Origin: Verrucomicrobiota bacterium
Lineage (GTDB): Bacteria > Verrucomicrobiota > Verrucomicrobiia > Limisphaerales > JAHDYP01
NCBI GenBank assembly: GCA_023383055.1
Contig: JAHDYP010000002.1
Coordinates: 28,791-92,790, forward strand
DNA length: 64,000 bases
Direction of reading: 5' to 3'
Below are positions 56,703-64,000 of the stretch, in pieces. The position numbers and the translations under genes were made by a program. How positions within the stretch are numbered: the first letter of the stretch is position 1; every line of letters begins with the position of its first letter. Under the pieces are notes generated by a model that ran no database searches, was not told the origin of the DNA, and was given only the letters and a program-made list of their open reading frames with translations.

Positions 56703-58210
56703 TCCAGATTCCCGTAAGGATCCTTCTCGAACAACACTCCCAGATCGCCGTTGGCCAACTCCGCCACCGCCGAGTAGGCGGCCGGTCCGGCGTAGATCGT
56801 TCGGGCGATCGGCCAGGTGACCCCGCCGTCGTCGCTGATCCGCAAGGTCAGGTTCTCCCGACGCGTTGCGTTGGCCGCGTTGACCTGCACCAACCGACCT
56901 GCTGCGCCTGCCGGCGAATGCCGCAACCGGTATGTGTTCCCCTGGCATTCCGGATCGGGCAACGCGGCTTGCGTCGCACTCGAGTGATACGGCATCCCCC
57001 AGGTCACACCGCCGTCCGCACTGCGATTGAACGTCCGCACCCCGCGGGTCGGAAATCCATTGTCGCGCATCGACGCCACCAACTCCCCGCCCGCCGTTTC
57101 CGCCATCTGCACCTCACCACCCCCCACCCCGGCGCTTTCGCTCCGCCGCCACGTCTCGCCATGATCGTCGCTGTAAAGGCACATCGAGCTGGACGGATTG
57201 CCGTAGATATAGACCGGAAGAATGAGCCGGCCGGCGTGGGGACCTTCCCGGAGCTGAATGCCATTGCCCGGCCCGGCCAGAAACTCGCCATAACCCGGCC
57301 GAATTCCCGGATTCGTGGCTTCGAGATCGATCGCCTCGGACCATGTCGCCCCGTCGTCGTCACTGTAACGCAACTCGAGTTTGATCTTGCGCTTTCCGTC
57401 CCGCACCCCGCCGTTGTCATAGAACACCCAGACCCGGCCCTTGAGGCGGTCGAACAATAGCGCGGGGTCGCCCGCCGCCACGCGCTGGACATTCGTCAGG
57501 CCATAGAACGGATAAGCATCCACGTCGTTCGTGTCGCTGCCGTAGTTGGCGATCACCGACAGCGGTCCCCACGTGCGGCCGCCGTCGAAACTGCGTTTGC
57601 ACACCAGGTCGATCGGCGTCGGAATGTCGCCGCAATTCCCGATCCGGCCATCCGCCACCGCAATCAGCGTCCCTGGCGTCGTGCTCACCAGCGCCGGAAT
57701 CCGAAAACAGGTGTAACCGTCCACACCCGTGGCAAACACCCGCACGAACCCGGCTCCGGCAATCGCCGGCGACACCGCTCCCTCCTGTTCAACGCGCTCG
57801 CCGGAGGCCGAGGCCGCCTCCGCCGCCTGCACCGGCTTCGGCATCGACAAAAACAACAGGACGGCCATGAACACGCCTAACTCGACCACCGTGATCCCCG
57901 GGTTGGCCCGGTTGAAATCGCGATCGGCCCGAACCGACGGATGTCGCTGAGCCAACTCACGGCCTTCGAGACTGTCGGCTGAAAAGCGCTCACCCGGCAC
58001 CACCAACCGCGCCGAGCCTTCCTTCACCCGCAAGCGCAGCGATTTGCGAATCGCCGGACCCAGTCTCCCTCCTTCACCACTCGACCCCCAACCATGAATC
58101 ACCTTAAGCAGCTTCCCACCTCCTCCAGGTGCGGGCTTCATTTCCGCCAGCAATCGACGGCGCGCTTCCTCCACCGTTGGCCGGTTGATTTCCAGGTTGA
58201 TCGTGCGCAT
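56612..58210 (-). CDS. exo-alpha-sialidase (GH33, BNR/Asp-box) preceded in the same ORF by an Smr-like domain
   Basis: The sialidase part shows FRIPALV plus five Asp-boxes (SFDGGRTW, SDDDGATW, SDDHGETW, SADGGVTW, SDDGGVTW). The first ~110 aa are Smr-like (TVEEARRRL..LKVIHGWG..NPGITVVEL). An internal ATG at 57868 begins a signal/anchor-like segment, MAVLLFLSMPKPVQAA. Confidence 0.8.
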   Translation of the reverse strand: MRTINLEINRPTVEEARRRLLAEMKPAPGGGGKLLKVIHGWGSSGEGGRLGPAIRKSLRLRVKEGSARLVVPGERFSADSLEGRELAQRHPSVRADRDFNRANPGITVVELGVFMAVLLFLSMPKPVQAAEAASASGERVEQEGAVSPAIAGAGFVRVFATGVDGYTCFRIPALVSTTPGTLIAVADGRIGNCGDIPTPIDLVCKRSFDGGRTWGPLSVIANYGSDTNDVDAYPFYGLTNVQRVAAGDPALLFDRLKGRVWVFYDNGGVRDGKRKIKLELRYSDDDGATWSEAIDLEATNPGIRPGYGEFLAGPGNGIQLREGPHAGRLILPVYIYGNPSSSMCLYSDDHGETWRRSESAGVGGGEVQMAETAGGELVASMRDNGFPTRGVRTFNRSADGGVTWGMPYHSSATQAALPDPECQGNTYRLRHSPAGAAGRLVQVNAANATRRENLTLRISDDGGVTWPIARTIYAGPAAYSAVAELANGDLGVLFEKDPYGNLDYVRLPLAALAGAEGGSASSAAQSQSMRGR

Positions 58211-58366
58211 GCCCCGACTGTGCCACGTTCATCCCGAGGTTTCATCGGTTTTCGTGAACCCACCGGAGCCATTCCGGGTTCGCCCCCCATCAAGCGCTTC
58301 TTCGGCGAGCCAAGTCTGGTCCCCAAAGGCAGAACGTTTGATGCAGATTGAAGCAGCGGCACCCAA

Positions 58367-58391
58367 CTTCTTCCTTCTTCCTTCTTCCTTC
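58367..58391. repeat. heptanucleotide microsatellite (CTTCTTC) x3.6, read as GAAGAAG on the minus strand
   Basis: CTTCTTCCTTCTTCCTTCTTCCTTC lies 5 nt downstream of the GH32 stop. It is the same repeat as at 20056-20074. Confidence 0.85.
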
Positions 58392-58395
58392 GGGT

Positions 58396-60546
58396 TTACC
58401 AAGCCGAACGCAGCTCATGCACTTCCAGGGAGGTGATCCGGGCTGTGCCACCCCGGGTTTCGAGGAACAGGCGCTGGCGGTCGGGCCGGGTGTTGAACGG
58501 CAGCGGCACGTAGCAGAGACCGTCGCTGGCAAAAACTTCCACGCCGGTGCGGTCGCAGTAGATCGTCAGGCGCAGCTTGCCGTCGCGCAGCGGCGCGGGC
58601 GCGTGGCGGTCGTCCACGCGGAGTTCCTGCGTCTTCGGGAAATAGACCACCATCACGTCGCGGAGATTGAAGACGACCTCGGAGGCGTCGACCGGTTCGA
58701 ATTCGGCGCGGACTTCGACGAGCTCGGCGCGGAGGTTGTCGAGCGGGTTTTTGTCGCCGGGCTTGAGCGTCAAGGCCTCGAAGCGGTGCGACCGGGCGCG
58801 CAGGGCTTCGAGTTCCTTCACCGGCGTGAAGGTCAGGCGCGGACCGTCGGGGGTGGAGGCGAGGCGGAGCTCGAGCGGGACGGTCATGCTCTGGTTGAAC
58901 GGCATGCCCTTGGTCTCGGTCTGCCACCAGCCGATCTGGATGCGGCGTCCGTCGGTCGCCGGGATATCGCTGAACGTCTGCGCCGCGTAAAAACCGCGTC
59001 CGCGATGGCCGGGCAGGTTGCTCTGCTCGGGAGCGAAACGCGTGCCATCGAACGTGCCGATGGCGTAGGCGCTGTTGGCGGCGCTCAGCACCCATTTCTT
59101 CCGCGACGGATCGCCGTCCACGGGCAGCTCGAAGAAGTCCGGGCACTCGAAGAGATACGGTTTCCCGACCGGGTCGCCTTCCGTGATGCTGGCGAGCGTC
59201 CAGTCGCGGAGATTCGGCGAAGTGAAGAAGTGGATGGTCTGTTTTCCCTGCCACTCGACGTAGAGGACCATGATCCACTGCTGCGTGGGCTCATACCAGA
59301 TGACCTTGGGATCACGGTTGCCGCTGGTCACCTCTTTCACGATGGGGTTCCCGGCATACTTGGTGAACACGCGCCCGTCGGTGCTGTGGGCGAGGCATTG
59401 CACCGTCGGATTTCCCGCCGCCGTATAGAACAGCACCATCGGCGGCTTGCCCTCCTTGCCAAAGCCGCTGGTATTGCGCCAGTCCACAACCGCGCTGCCG
59501 CTGAACATGGGACCCAGGTCGTCCGGCAGGAGTTTGTCGCCCAGTTCCTCCCAATGCACCAGGTCGCGGCTGACCGCGTGGCCCCAGTGCATGTTCCCCC
59601 AACCCCAGCCGTAGGGGTTGTGTTGGAAGAAGAGGTGGTACTCGCCGTGGTAAAAGACCAGGCCGTTCGGGTCGTTGTTCCAGCCGCGCCGGGGCGAGAA
59701 ATGGAACTGCCCGCGCAGCCGCTCGCGGTAAAGGTCATCGGCGTGTTTGAGTTCGTCGCTCAGCTCGATGGCGCTCAGCGCGGTGGAATCCTCGGACAGC
59801 TTGTCCACGCGCAGCGTGAGCGCTTTTCCGCGCCACGGGCTGACGTCCATCGGCGCCCACCAGTCGGCCTGGCCGTCGGCGAGTTCGATGTCGTTGCGGA
59901 CGACGTGCTGGCCGTCCACGAGCAGGGTGACGACGCGCTTCGGCGCGCCGTTCTTGATCGGGATATGCAGGTAGCGCGCGCGCGCCGTGAACTGCCGTTC
60001 GGCGTTAGCCAACAGACCGGGTGGCTTTTTATCGGTCTGGACGATGTGATCCACGTTGAGGTGTCCCCAGCCTCCTTTCGCGTCGTCCACGACGCGGAGT
60101 ATCGCCAGTTTCCCGGCGAACTCGCTCACGTCCCACGACTCCGGCGCGAGGGCCTCGCTGCCACCGGGTTGGTGGTTTGGCCCGGTGGCGCCGCGGACGA
60201 TCTGGCCGTCGACGAGCAGTTGGAGGGCGAGTTTCTCCGGGTTCCTGCCGCCGCCGATAAGGAACGCGATGAACTGGCGCTCGATCCGGAACTCCGGCGA
60301 CGTGAGAACGCCCGTGGTGTCGTCGCCATTGAAAAAGGTGTTCACGAGCCCGCGCCCTTTGAAGCCGCTGACCTCCATCTGACCCGGCAATGTCCCACGC
60401 GCCGGCCCCGGCCCGAATGCCTCACCGGTGACCGTCCACGGCGCGTAGCTCTCGCCTTCGAAGTCGGCGATGAGGAGGTCGTCCGCGGCCAGTAGCGACG
60501 TCGTGACTACCGAGGCCAGCGCCATGGCGAAGAGTGATCTGATCAT
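58396..60546 (-). CDS. glycoside hydrolase family 32 (fructan beta-fructosidase/levanase-like) with N-terminal accessory beta-sandwich domains
   Basis: FHFSPRRGWNNDPNGLVFYHGEYHLFFQHNP (the WMNDPNG-type nucleophile motif), RDP and EC.D motifs, and the signal peptide MIRSLFAMALASVVTTSLLA. An alternative ATG lies at 60597. Confidence 0.85.
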   Translation of the reverse strand: MIRSLFAMALASVVTTSLLAADDLLIADFEGESYAPWTVTGEAFGPGPARGTLPGQMEVSGFKGRGLVNTFFNGDDTTGVLTSPEFRIERQFIAFLIGGGRNPEKLALQLLVDGQIVRGATGPNHQPGGSEALAPESWDVSEFAGKLAILRVVDDAKGGWGHLNVDHIVQTDKKPPGLLANAERQFTARARYLHIPIKNGAPKRVVTLLVDGQHVVRNDIELADGQADWWAPMDVSPWRGKALTLRVDKLSEDSTALSAIELSDELKHADDLYRERLRGQFHFSPRRGWNNDPNGLVFYHGEYHLFFQHNPYGWGWGNMHWGHAVSRDLVHWEELGDKLLPDDLGPMFSGSAVVDWRNTSGFGKEGKPPMVLFYTAAGNPTVQCLAHSTDGRVFTKYAGNPIVKEVTSGNRDPKVIWYEPTQQWIMVLYVEWQGKQTIHFFTSPNLRDWTLASITEGDPVGKPYLFECPDFFELPVDGDPSRKKWVLSAANSAYAIGTFDGTRFAPEQSNLPGHRGRGFYAAQTFSDIPATDGRRIQIGWWQTETKGMPFNQSMTVPLELRLASTPDGPRLTFTPVKELEALRARSHRFEALTLKPGDKNPLDNLRAELVEVRAEFEPVDASEVVFNLRDVMVVYFPKTQELRVDDRHAPAPLRDGKLRLTIYCDRTGVEVFASDGLCYVPLPFNTRPDRQRLFLETRGGTARITSLEVHELRSAW

Positions 60547-60608
60547 GGGTGGAAGCTGGCAGATTGGGTGAAACAAGGGAAGGCGCTTCAGGTTCATGGG
60601 TTCACAGC

Positions 60609-61940
60609 CTACCGGGCATGCCGCAGGCAGTAGAGTCGGGCGACGGTGCGGATGAGCAGGCGGTCGCCCGCCAGCGCGGGCGTGGCCAGGCACATGTCCT
60701 CGTCGGCCAACTGATTGGTGTGGAGCAGCTCGAAAAGGTCACCGGCGCGCAGCACGTAGCAGACGCCGTCTTCGTTAAGACAAAACACCCGTCCGTTCGC
60801 AGCCCACGGCGAGGAGGTGAAGGCGAAGCCTTTCGGCAATCGCTCGCGGTCATAAAGGAGTCTGCCGGTCTTGGCATCGTAACAACTCACCAGGCCGCGA
60901 TCATAAAGCACGTAGAGACGGCCTTCGTAGTAGAGGGGTGAGGGGTTGTACGGTCCGCCCACTGGATTCGACCAGGCGATGAAGGCATTGCTCGTCTCGT
61001 CCGGATTCAGCGTGATGTCGCCACTGGCCCCGGGACGGATCGCGTAGAGCGGACGCAGCTTGTCGCCCACATATCCGGAGCTGACGAACAGCAGACCGTC
61101 CCCCGCGATCGGCGTTGGGATGGCGATGCCGGACATGCCGCGCAACGACCAGAGCAGTTGACCATCGAGATCGTAGCCGCGCACCGCGCGGCTGCCCGGG
61201 GTGATGAGTTCGGCGCGCGCGCCGTTGTTCCAAACGAAGGGCGTGGACCAATTGCTCTTTTCGTCGCGCTCCACGCGCCAGAGTTCCCGGCCGGTCGCGG
61301 CTTCGAGCGCGAGGAGTTCCGCCCGTTCCTCGTTGTCGTTGACCATGAACAGCCGCCCGCCGTGCAAAACCGGGGACGCCGCGGTGCCCCAACCGTAGCG
61401 GGTCTGGCGCGGTTCGAGCCGTCGGGACCACATCTCCGCGCCCTCGAGCGAGAAGGCGAACACTCCCACGTTGCCGAACAGAGCGTAGAGCCGCTCTCCG
61501 TCGGTCACGGGCGTCTCCGCGCCGTAGCTGCTTTTGAGATGGATGGGCGTGGGGGGCGCGCCACGCTGAACCGTCTTCTCCCATTGGAGCTTGCCGGTCG
61601 CCAGGTCGAGGCAGAGAACCTTCCACAGATGCTCTGCCTTCGAGGGCTCCGGACGTTCGCCGCCGAAATAGAGGCCCTTCTTCGGCGCCTCCGATTCGCC
61701 CGAGTTCACCACGGCGGTCAGGAAGACGCGGTCCCCCCATACGATGGGCGACGACCAACTGCGCCCCGGCAGATCGGTTTTCCACGCCACGTTGTCGGTG
61801 GCGGACCACTTCTCGGGGAGATTGGCGTTGGTGCTCACGCCCGAGGCGTTGGGCCCGCGGAATTGGGGCCAGGAATCCGCGGCAGTCGCCTGCCCCCAAA
61901 CTGGGATCAAGGTGGCAAACAGGATGGCGTTCAGGTTCAT
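60609..61940 (-). CDS. PQQ-like (BamB-type) beta-propeller repeat protein, secreted
   Basis: The signal peptide MNLNAILFATLIPVWGQATA is followed by SWPQFRGPNASGV and repeated W..........SSP / G.LYA blades. Confidence 0.75.
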   Translation of the reverse strand: MNLNAILFATLIPVWGQATAADSWPQFRGPNASGVSTNANLPEKWSATDNVAWKTDLPGRSWSSPIVWGDRVFLTAVVNSGESEAPKKGLYFGGERPEPSKAEHLWKVLCLDLATGKLQWEKTVQRGAPPTPIHLKSSYGAETPVTDGERLYALFGNVGVFAFSLEGAEMWSRRLEPRQTRYGWGTAASPVLHGGRLFMVNDNEERAELLALEAATGRELWRVERDEKSNWSTPFVWNNGARAELITPGSRAVRGYDLDGQLLWSLRGMSGIAIPTPIAGDGLLFVSSGYVGDKLRPLYAIRPGASGDITLNPDETSNAFIAWSNPVGGPYNPSPLYYEGRLYVLYDRGLVSCYDAKTGRLLYDRERLPKGFAFTSSPWAANGRVFCLNEDGVCYVLRAGDLFELLHTNQLADEDMCLATPALAGDRLLIRTVARLYCLRHAR

Positions 61941-62103
61941 AGGTTCCAAGGGTTCAGGTTCAGCGAAAGGCGAGCATGGCAGGACCTGAGCCCACCTCAA
62001 GCACAACCACCCGTCCTGGCAACCATCGACCTCGCCGTCGGCGGCAGTGGCGTGAAGCACACTGCTCCGCATCTCGCTGTCGATCAACAACTAGCGATCG
62101 ACA

Positions 62104-62125
62104 AATAGGGTGACAGGTTCACTGC
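62104..62125 (+). repeat. copy of the dispersed GTGACAGGYTC repeat
   Basis: AATAGGGTGACAGGTTCACTGC. Confidence 0.9.
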
Positions 62126-62171
62126 CGGATGATCCCGCCTCCAACCCAGGCCTGCCACAATCCAGGGAAAG

Positions 62172-62217
62172 CACAGGGTGACAGGTTCATGGAACACAGG
62201 GTGACAGGTTCATGGAA
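62172..62217 (+). repeat. perfect 23-bp tandem duplication carrying two more GTGACAGGTTC copies
   Basis: CACAGGGTGACAGGTTCATGGAA occurs twice, at 62172-62194 and 62195-62217. Confidence 0.9.
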
Positions 62218-62288
62218 CAGAGCTCTCCCGGTCACGCCGGCCAACCGCTAGATCATCCCACACGTCCGGTTATACCCGACCCCGTGGC

Positions 62289-62330
62289 GCAGGTTGCCCA
62301 ACCTGCTGTTTCGCAGGCTGCCCAGCCTGC
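62289..62330 (+). other. twin hairpins GCAGGTT-GCCC-AACCTGC and GCAGGCT-GCCC-AGCCTGC
   Basis: The hairpins lie at 62289-62306 and 62313-62330. Each has a 7-bp stem and an identical GCCC loop. The single stem difference between them is compensatory (T:A versus C:G). Confidence 0.7.
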
Positions 62331-62437
62331 CATGGCGTCGGGCGAGAATCGTCGCGCGTCCGCCGCGCGCCGAGCCGGGGCCGTTTTCTATTGAAGCGTG
62401 AGGAATAGTCCGGCATCGTGTCCAACCAACAACTCCG

Positions 62438-63676
62438 ATGAATACCGGGACGGAATGTCTATCCGGTGTGCCCCCCACCTGCTGGCGGTGTTTGCTGCCA
62501 TGGATGCTCTGCGGCTGCCTGTGCCTCGGCCCCATCGCCCGCACGCAGACATCCGAAAGCGTCGCCTCGCCCGCAACCGCTTCCGTGTCGCTCGAATATC
62601 GCGAATCCGAATCGGATCTGGTCCATGTCGGACTTTCCATCGATCCCCAGTCCCAGGCCTTCGCCGGGGAACCGTCGCTTTCGGGGCGAAATGTCCGACG
62701 CGGCGTGCTCAGCGTCGGGCCCGAACACAAACTCCCGTTCATCTGGGACCAGGGCAACGGCCAGCTTTACCTGGATCTGAATCGGAATGACGACTTGAGC
62801 GACGATTCCGAAGGGAGGTTCACCTGCACCGACCGCCCGGGATCTGGCAATTACCAGGTGTTCGAGAATGTCCGATTCGAGCTGCCGATCCATGGCATGC
62901 CGCAACGCATGCGGTTCAACCTGAACCTCTACTACTTCGGCCAGCTCAACGGTTCGATTGCCCTCCGTTCCTACTGGTCCGGCAAGGCGTTGCTGCAGAA
63001 CCGCGAGTGGGAACTCGGCGTTGTCCCGCTCGCGCATGGCCAGCGCCGGGAGGTCGGCAACGAGATCATGCTGCTGCGACCGTGGAACGCTCTCGGCAGC
63101 GAGTTTAGCGTCGGGGACGGTTCGCTCGACACGTTCGCCTGCGGTTCGGCCCTTTTCTTCTTGGGCCAAGCCTACGAGGTGGAGCGTAAGGTGTCCGCCG
63201 GGACGCCGCTCCGGTTCGAGATGACGTTGACCCCGCGGGAGATCCCCTTGGGTGAAGTCCGCTTCACCGGCCAGCATCTCCAGCGCGCACTTCTGACCGA
63301 GGGGCCATGGACGGTGGTGCTCGAGGAACCGGCCGGGACTGTGGCCGTACCGTATGGCACGTACGCATCCTCGGTGGTGTACGTCAGGAAAGGCGAGAGT
63401 GCGGCCCGGCTGCAGCAGACCGGGGTATTCCCGACCGGGGTTCGCCATCCGATCGTTGTTGAACCCGGTACGCCCCCGGCGGTCGTGACCACGGGCGGGC
63501 CACTGACCAACAGCGTCGTCGTCCAGCGCCACGGCCAGTCGCTGGTCCTGGGCTACCAGTTGATCGGCGCGGCTGGCGAGGCCTACCGTCCTCTGAGCCT
63601 GGCCGGCGAACCGCCGCGATTCGCGATTTACCACGGTGAGCGCCTGCTGGAGTCGGGCAACTTCGAGTTTGGCTGA
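62438..63676 (+). CDS. hypothetical secreted protein
   Basis: 412 aa. It has a Cys-rich hydrophobic leader and a DLNRNDDLSDD Ca-binding-like loop. I recognise no family. Confidence 0.5.
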   Translation: MNTGTECLSGVPPTCWRCLLPWMLCGCLCLGPIARTQTSESVASPATASVSLEYRESESDLVHVGLSIDPQSQAFAGEPSLSGRNVRRGVLSVGPEHKLPFIWDQGNGQLYLDLNRNDDLSDDSEGRFTCTDRPGSGNYQVFENVRFELPIHGMPQRMRFNLNLYYFGQLNGSIALRSYWSGKALLQNREWELGVVPLAHGQRREVGNEIMLLRPWNALGSEFSVGDGSLDTFACGSALFFLGQAYEVERKVSAGTPLRFEMTLTPREIPLGEVRFTGQHLQRALLTEGPWTVVLEEPAGTVAVPYGTYASSVVYVRKGESAARLQQTGVFPTGVRHPIVVEPGTPPAVVTTGGPLTNSVVVQRHGQSLVLGYQLIGAAGEAYRPLSLAGEPPRFAIYHGERLLESGNFEFG

Positions 63677-63733
63677 GGTGGCACCTGCTCGTACTCATGG
63701 CGAGTACCCCTCAAGACATCGGCCAAACTCAGG

Positions 63734-64000
63734 GTGGTGGCTTCAGCAGATCTTGGCGGGTTGGGAGAAAGTGACGGCGCACCGGTCGAATATGATTGGG
63801 TTCCGCCCAGTCCCCTGCCCGGCCTGATCCCCTGGCTCGTGGTGCTCCTGCTGCTGGCCCTTCCTTTCAATCGCGCGGCAAAAGCCTGGTGGATTTGGGT
63901 GCCGCTCCTGGTGGTCACCGCGAGCGAGTCGCTCTTCCGACCGCAGCTTGAGTTCATCCCCTCGAGCGTGCTTACGATCTTCTGTCTGGCGTTCAATTCG
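63734..64000 (+). CDS. hypothetical integral membrane protein, 5' part (runs off the window end)
   Basis: It is not in the track because no stop lies in the window. The frame is open from just after the TGA at 63674-63676 to the end. It reads ..DWVPPSPLPGLIPWLVVLLLLALPFNRAAKAWWIWVPLLVVTASESLF..VLTIFCLAF, giving 2-3 TM segments. Candidate starts are GTG 63734/63737 and TTG 63761. Confidence 0.35.
   Translation, partial: MVASADLGGLGESDGAPVEYDWVPPSPLPGLIPWLVVLLLLALPFNRAAKAWWIWVPLLVVTASESLFRPQLEFIPSSVLTIFCLAFNS

Noticed and set aside
58348-60495. 715-aa plus-strand ORF
   Set aside because: It is antisense to the GH32 gene, which carries the diagnostic WNNDPNG/RDP/EC motifs. No motif is recognisable in the plus frame.

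Overview
This is a 64-kb bacterial chromosomal segment with high GC (roughly 60-65% by eye). All family calls come from motif recognition in the translations; no database search or computation was possible. The gene content suggests the PVC superphylum, most likely Verrucomicrobiota (inference only): a pseudopilin-like prepilin-domain protein, Tat-signal Gfo/Idh/MocA oxidoreductases, an ADOP-type duplicated FtsX permease, a giant BlaR1-domain protein and several glycoside hydrolases. I call about 46 protein genes, one tRNA-Ser(CGA), two gene relics and a set of repeats and regulatory elements. The housekeeping blocks are panD-lpxD, rplM-rpsI-argC-argJ-argB, thrS, htrA plus an OmpR/HK pair, pgi-pgm, ispG-rseP, dxr-cdsA and rsmA. 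The accessory blocks are: (a) an orphan ADOP permease and a pseudopilin-like gene; (b) a CBM9/DUF5916 protein; (c) a six-gene minus-strand run, DUF362 - hybrid HK - DsbD - Nudix - transglutaminase-like - porin; (d) a BlaI/BlaR1-type pair with a 1,405-aa sensor next to tRNA-Ser; (e) a sialidase, a GH32 enzyme and a beta-propeller protein. Six things most deserve a second look. (1) A ~22-bp repeat with core GTGACAGGYTC has 12 full copies at five intergenic loci and none in a confident CDS. (2) The BlaI/giant BlaR1 module has a recognisable promoter/operator and a C-terminal thioredoxin-fold domain with a degenerate active site. (3) A structured ~270-nt thrS leader ends in an intrinsic terminator. 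(4) An Smr-like domain is fused in frame to a sialidase. (5) A truncated N-acylglucosamine 2-epimerase relic abuts tRNA-Ser, which marks a rearrangement breakpoint. (6) Several short tandem repeats and twin hairpins lie in intergenic DNA. Many long ORFs in the track are antisense shadows typical of high-GC DNA and were rejected.
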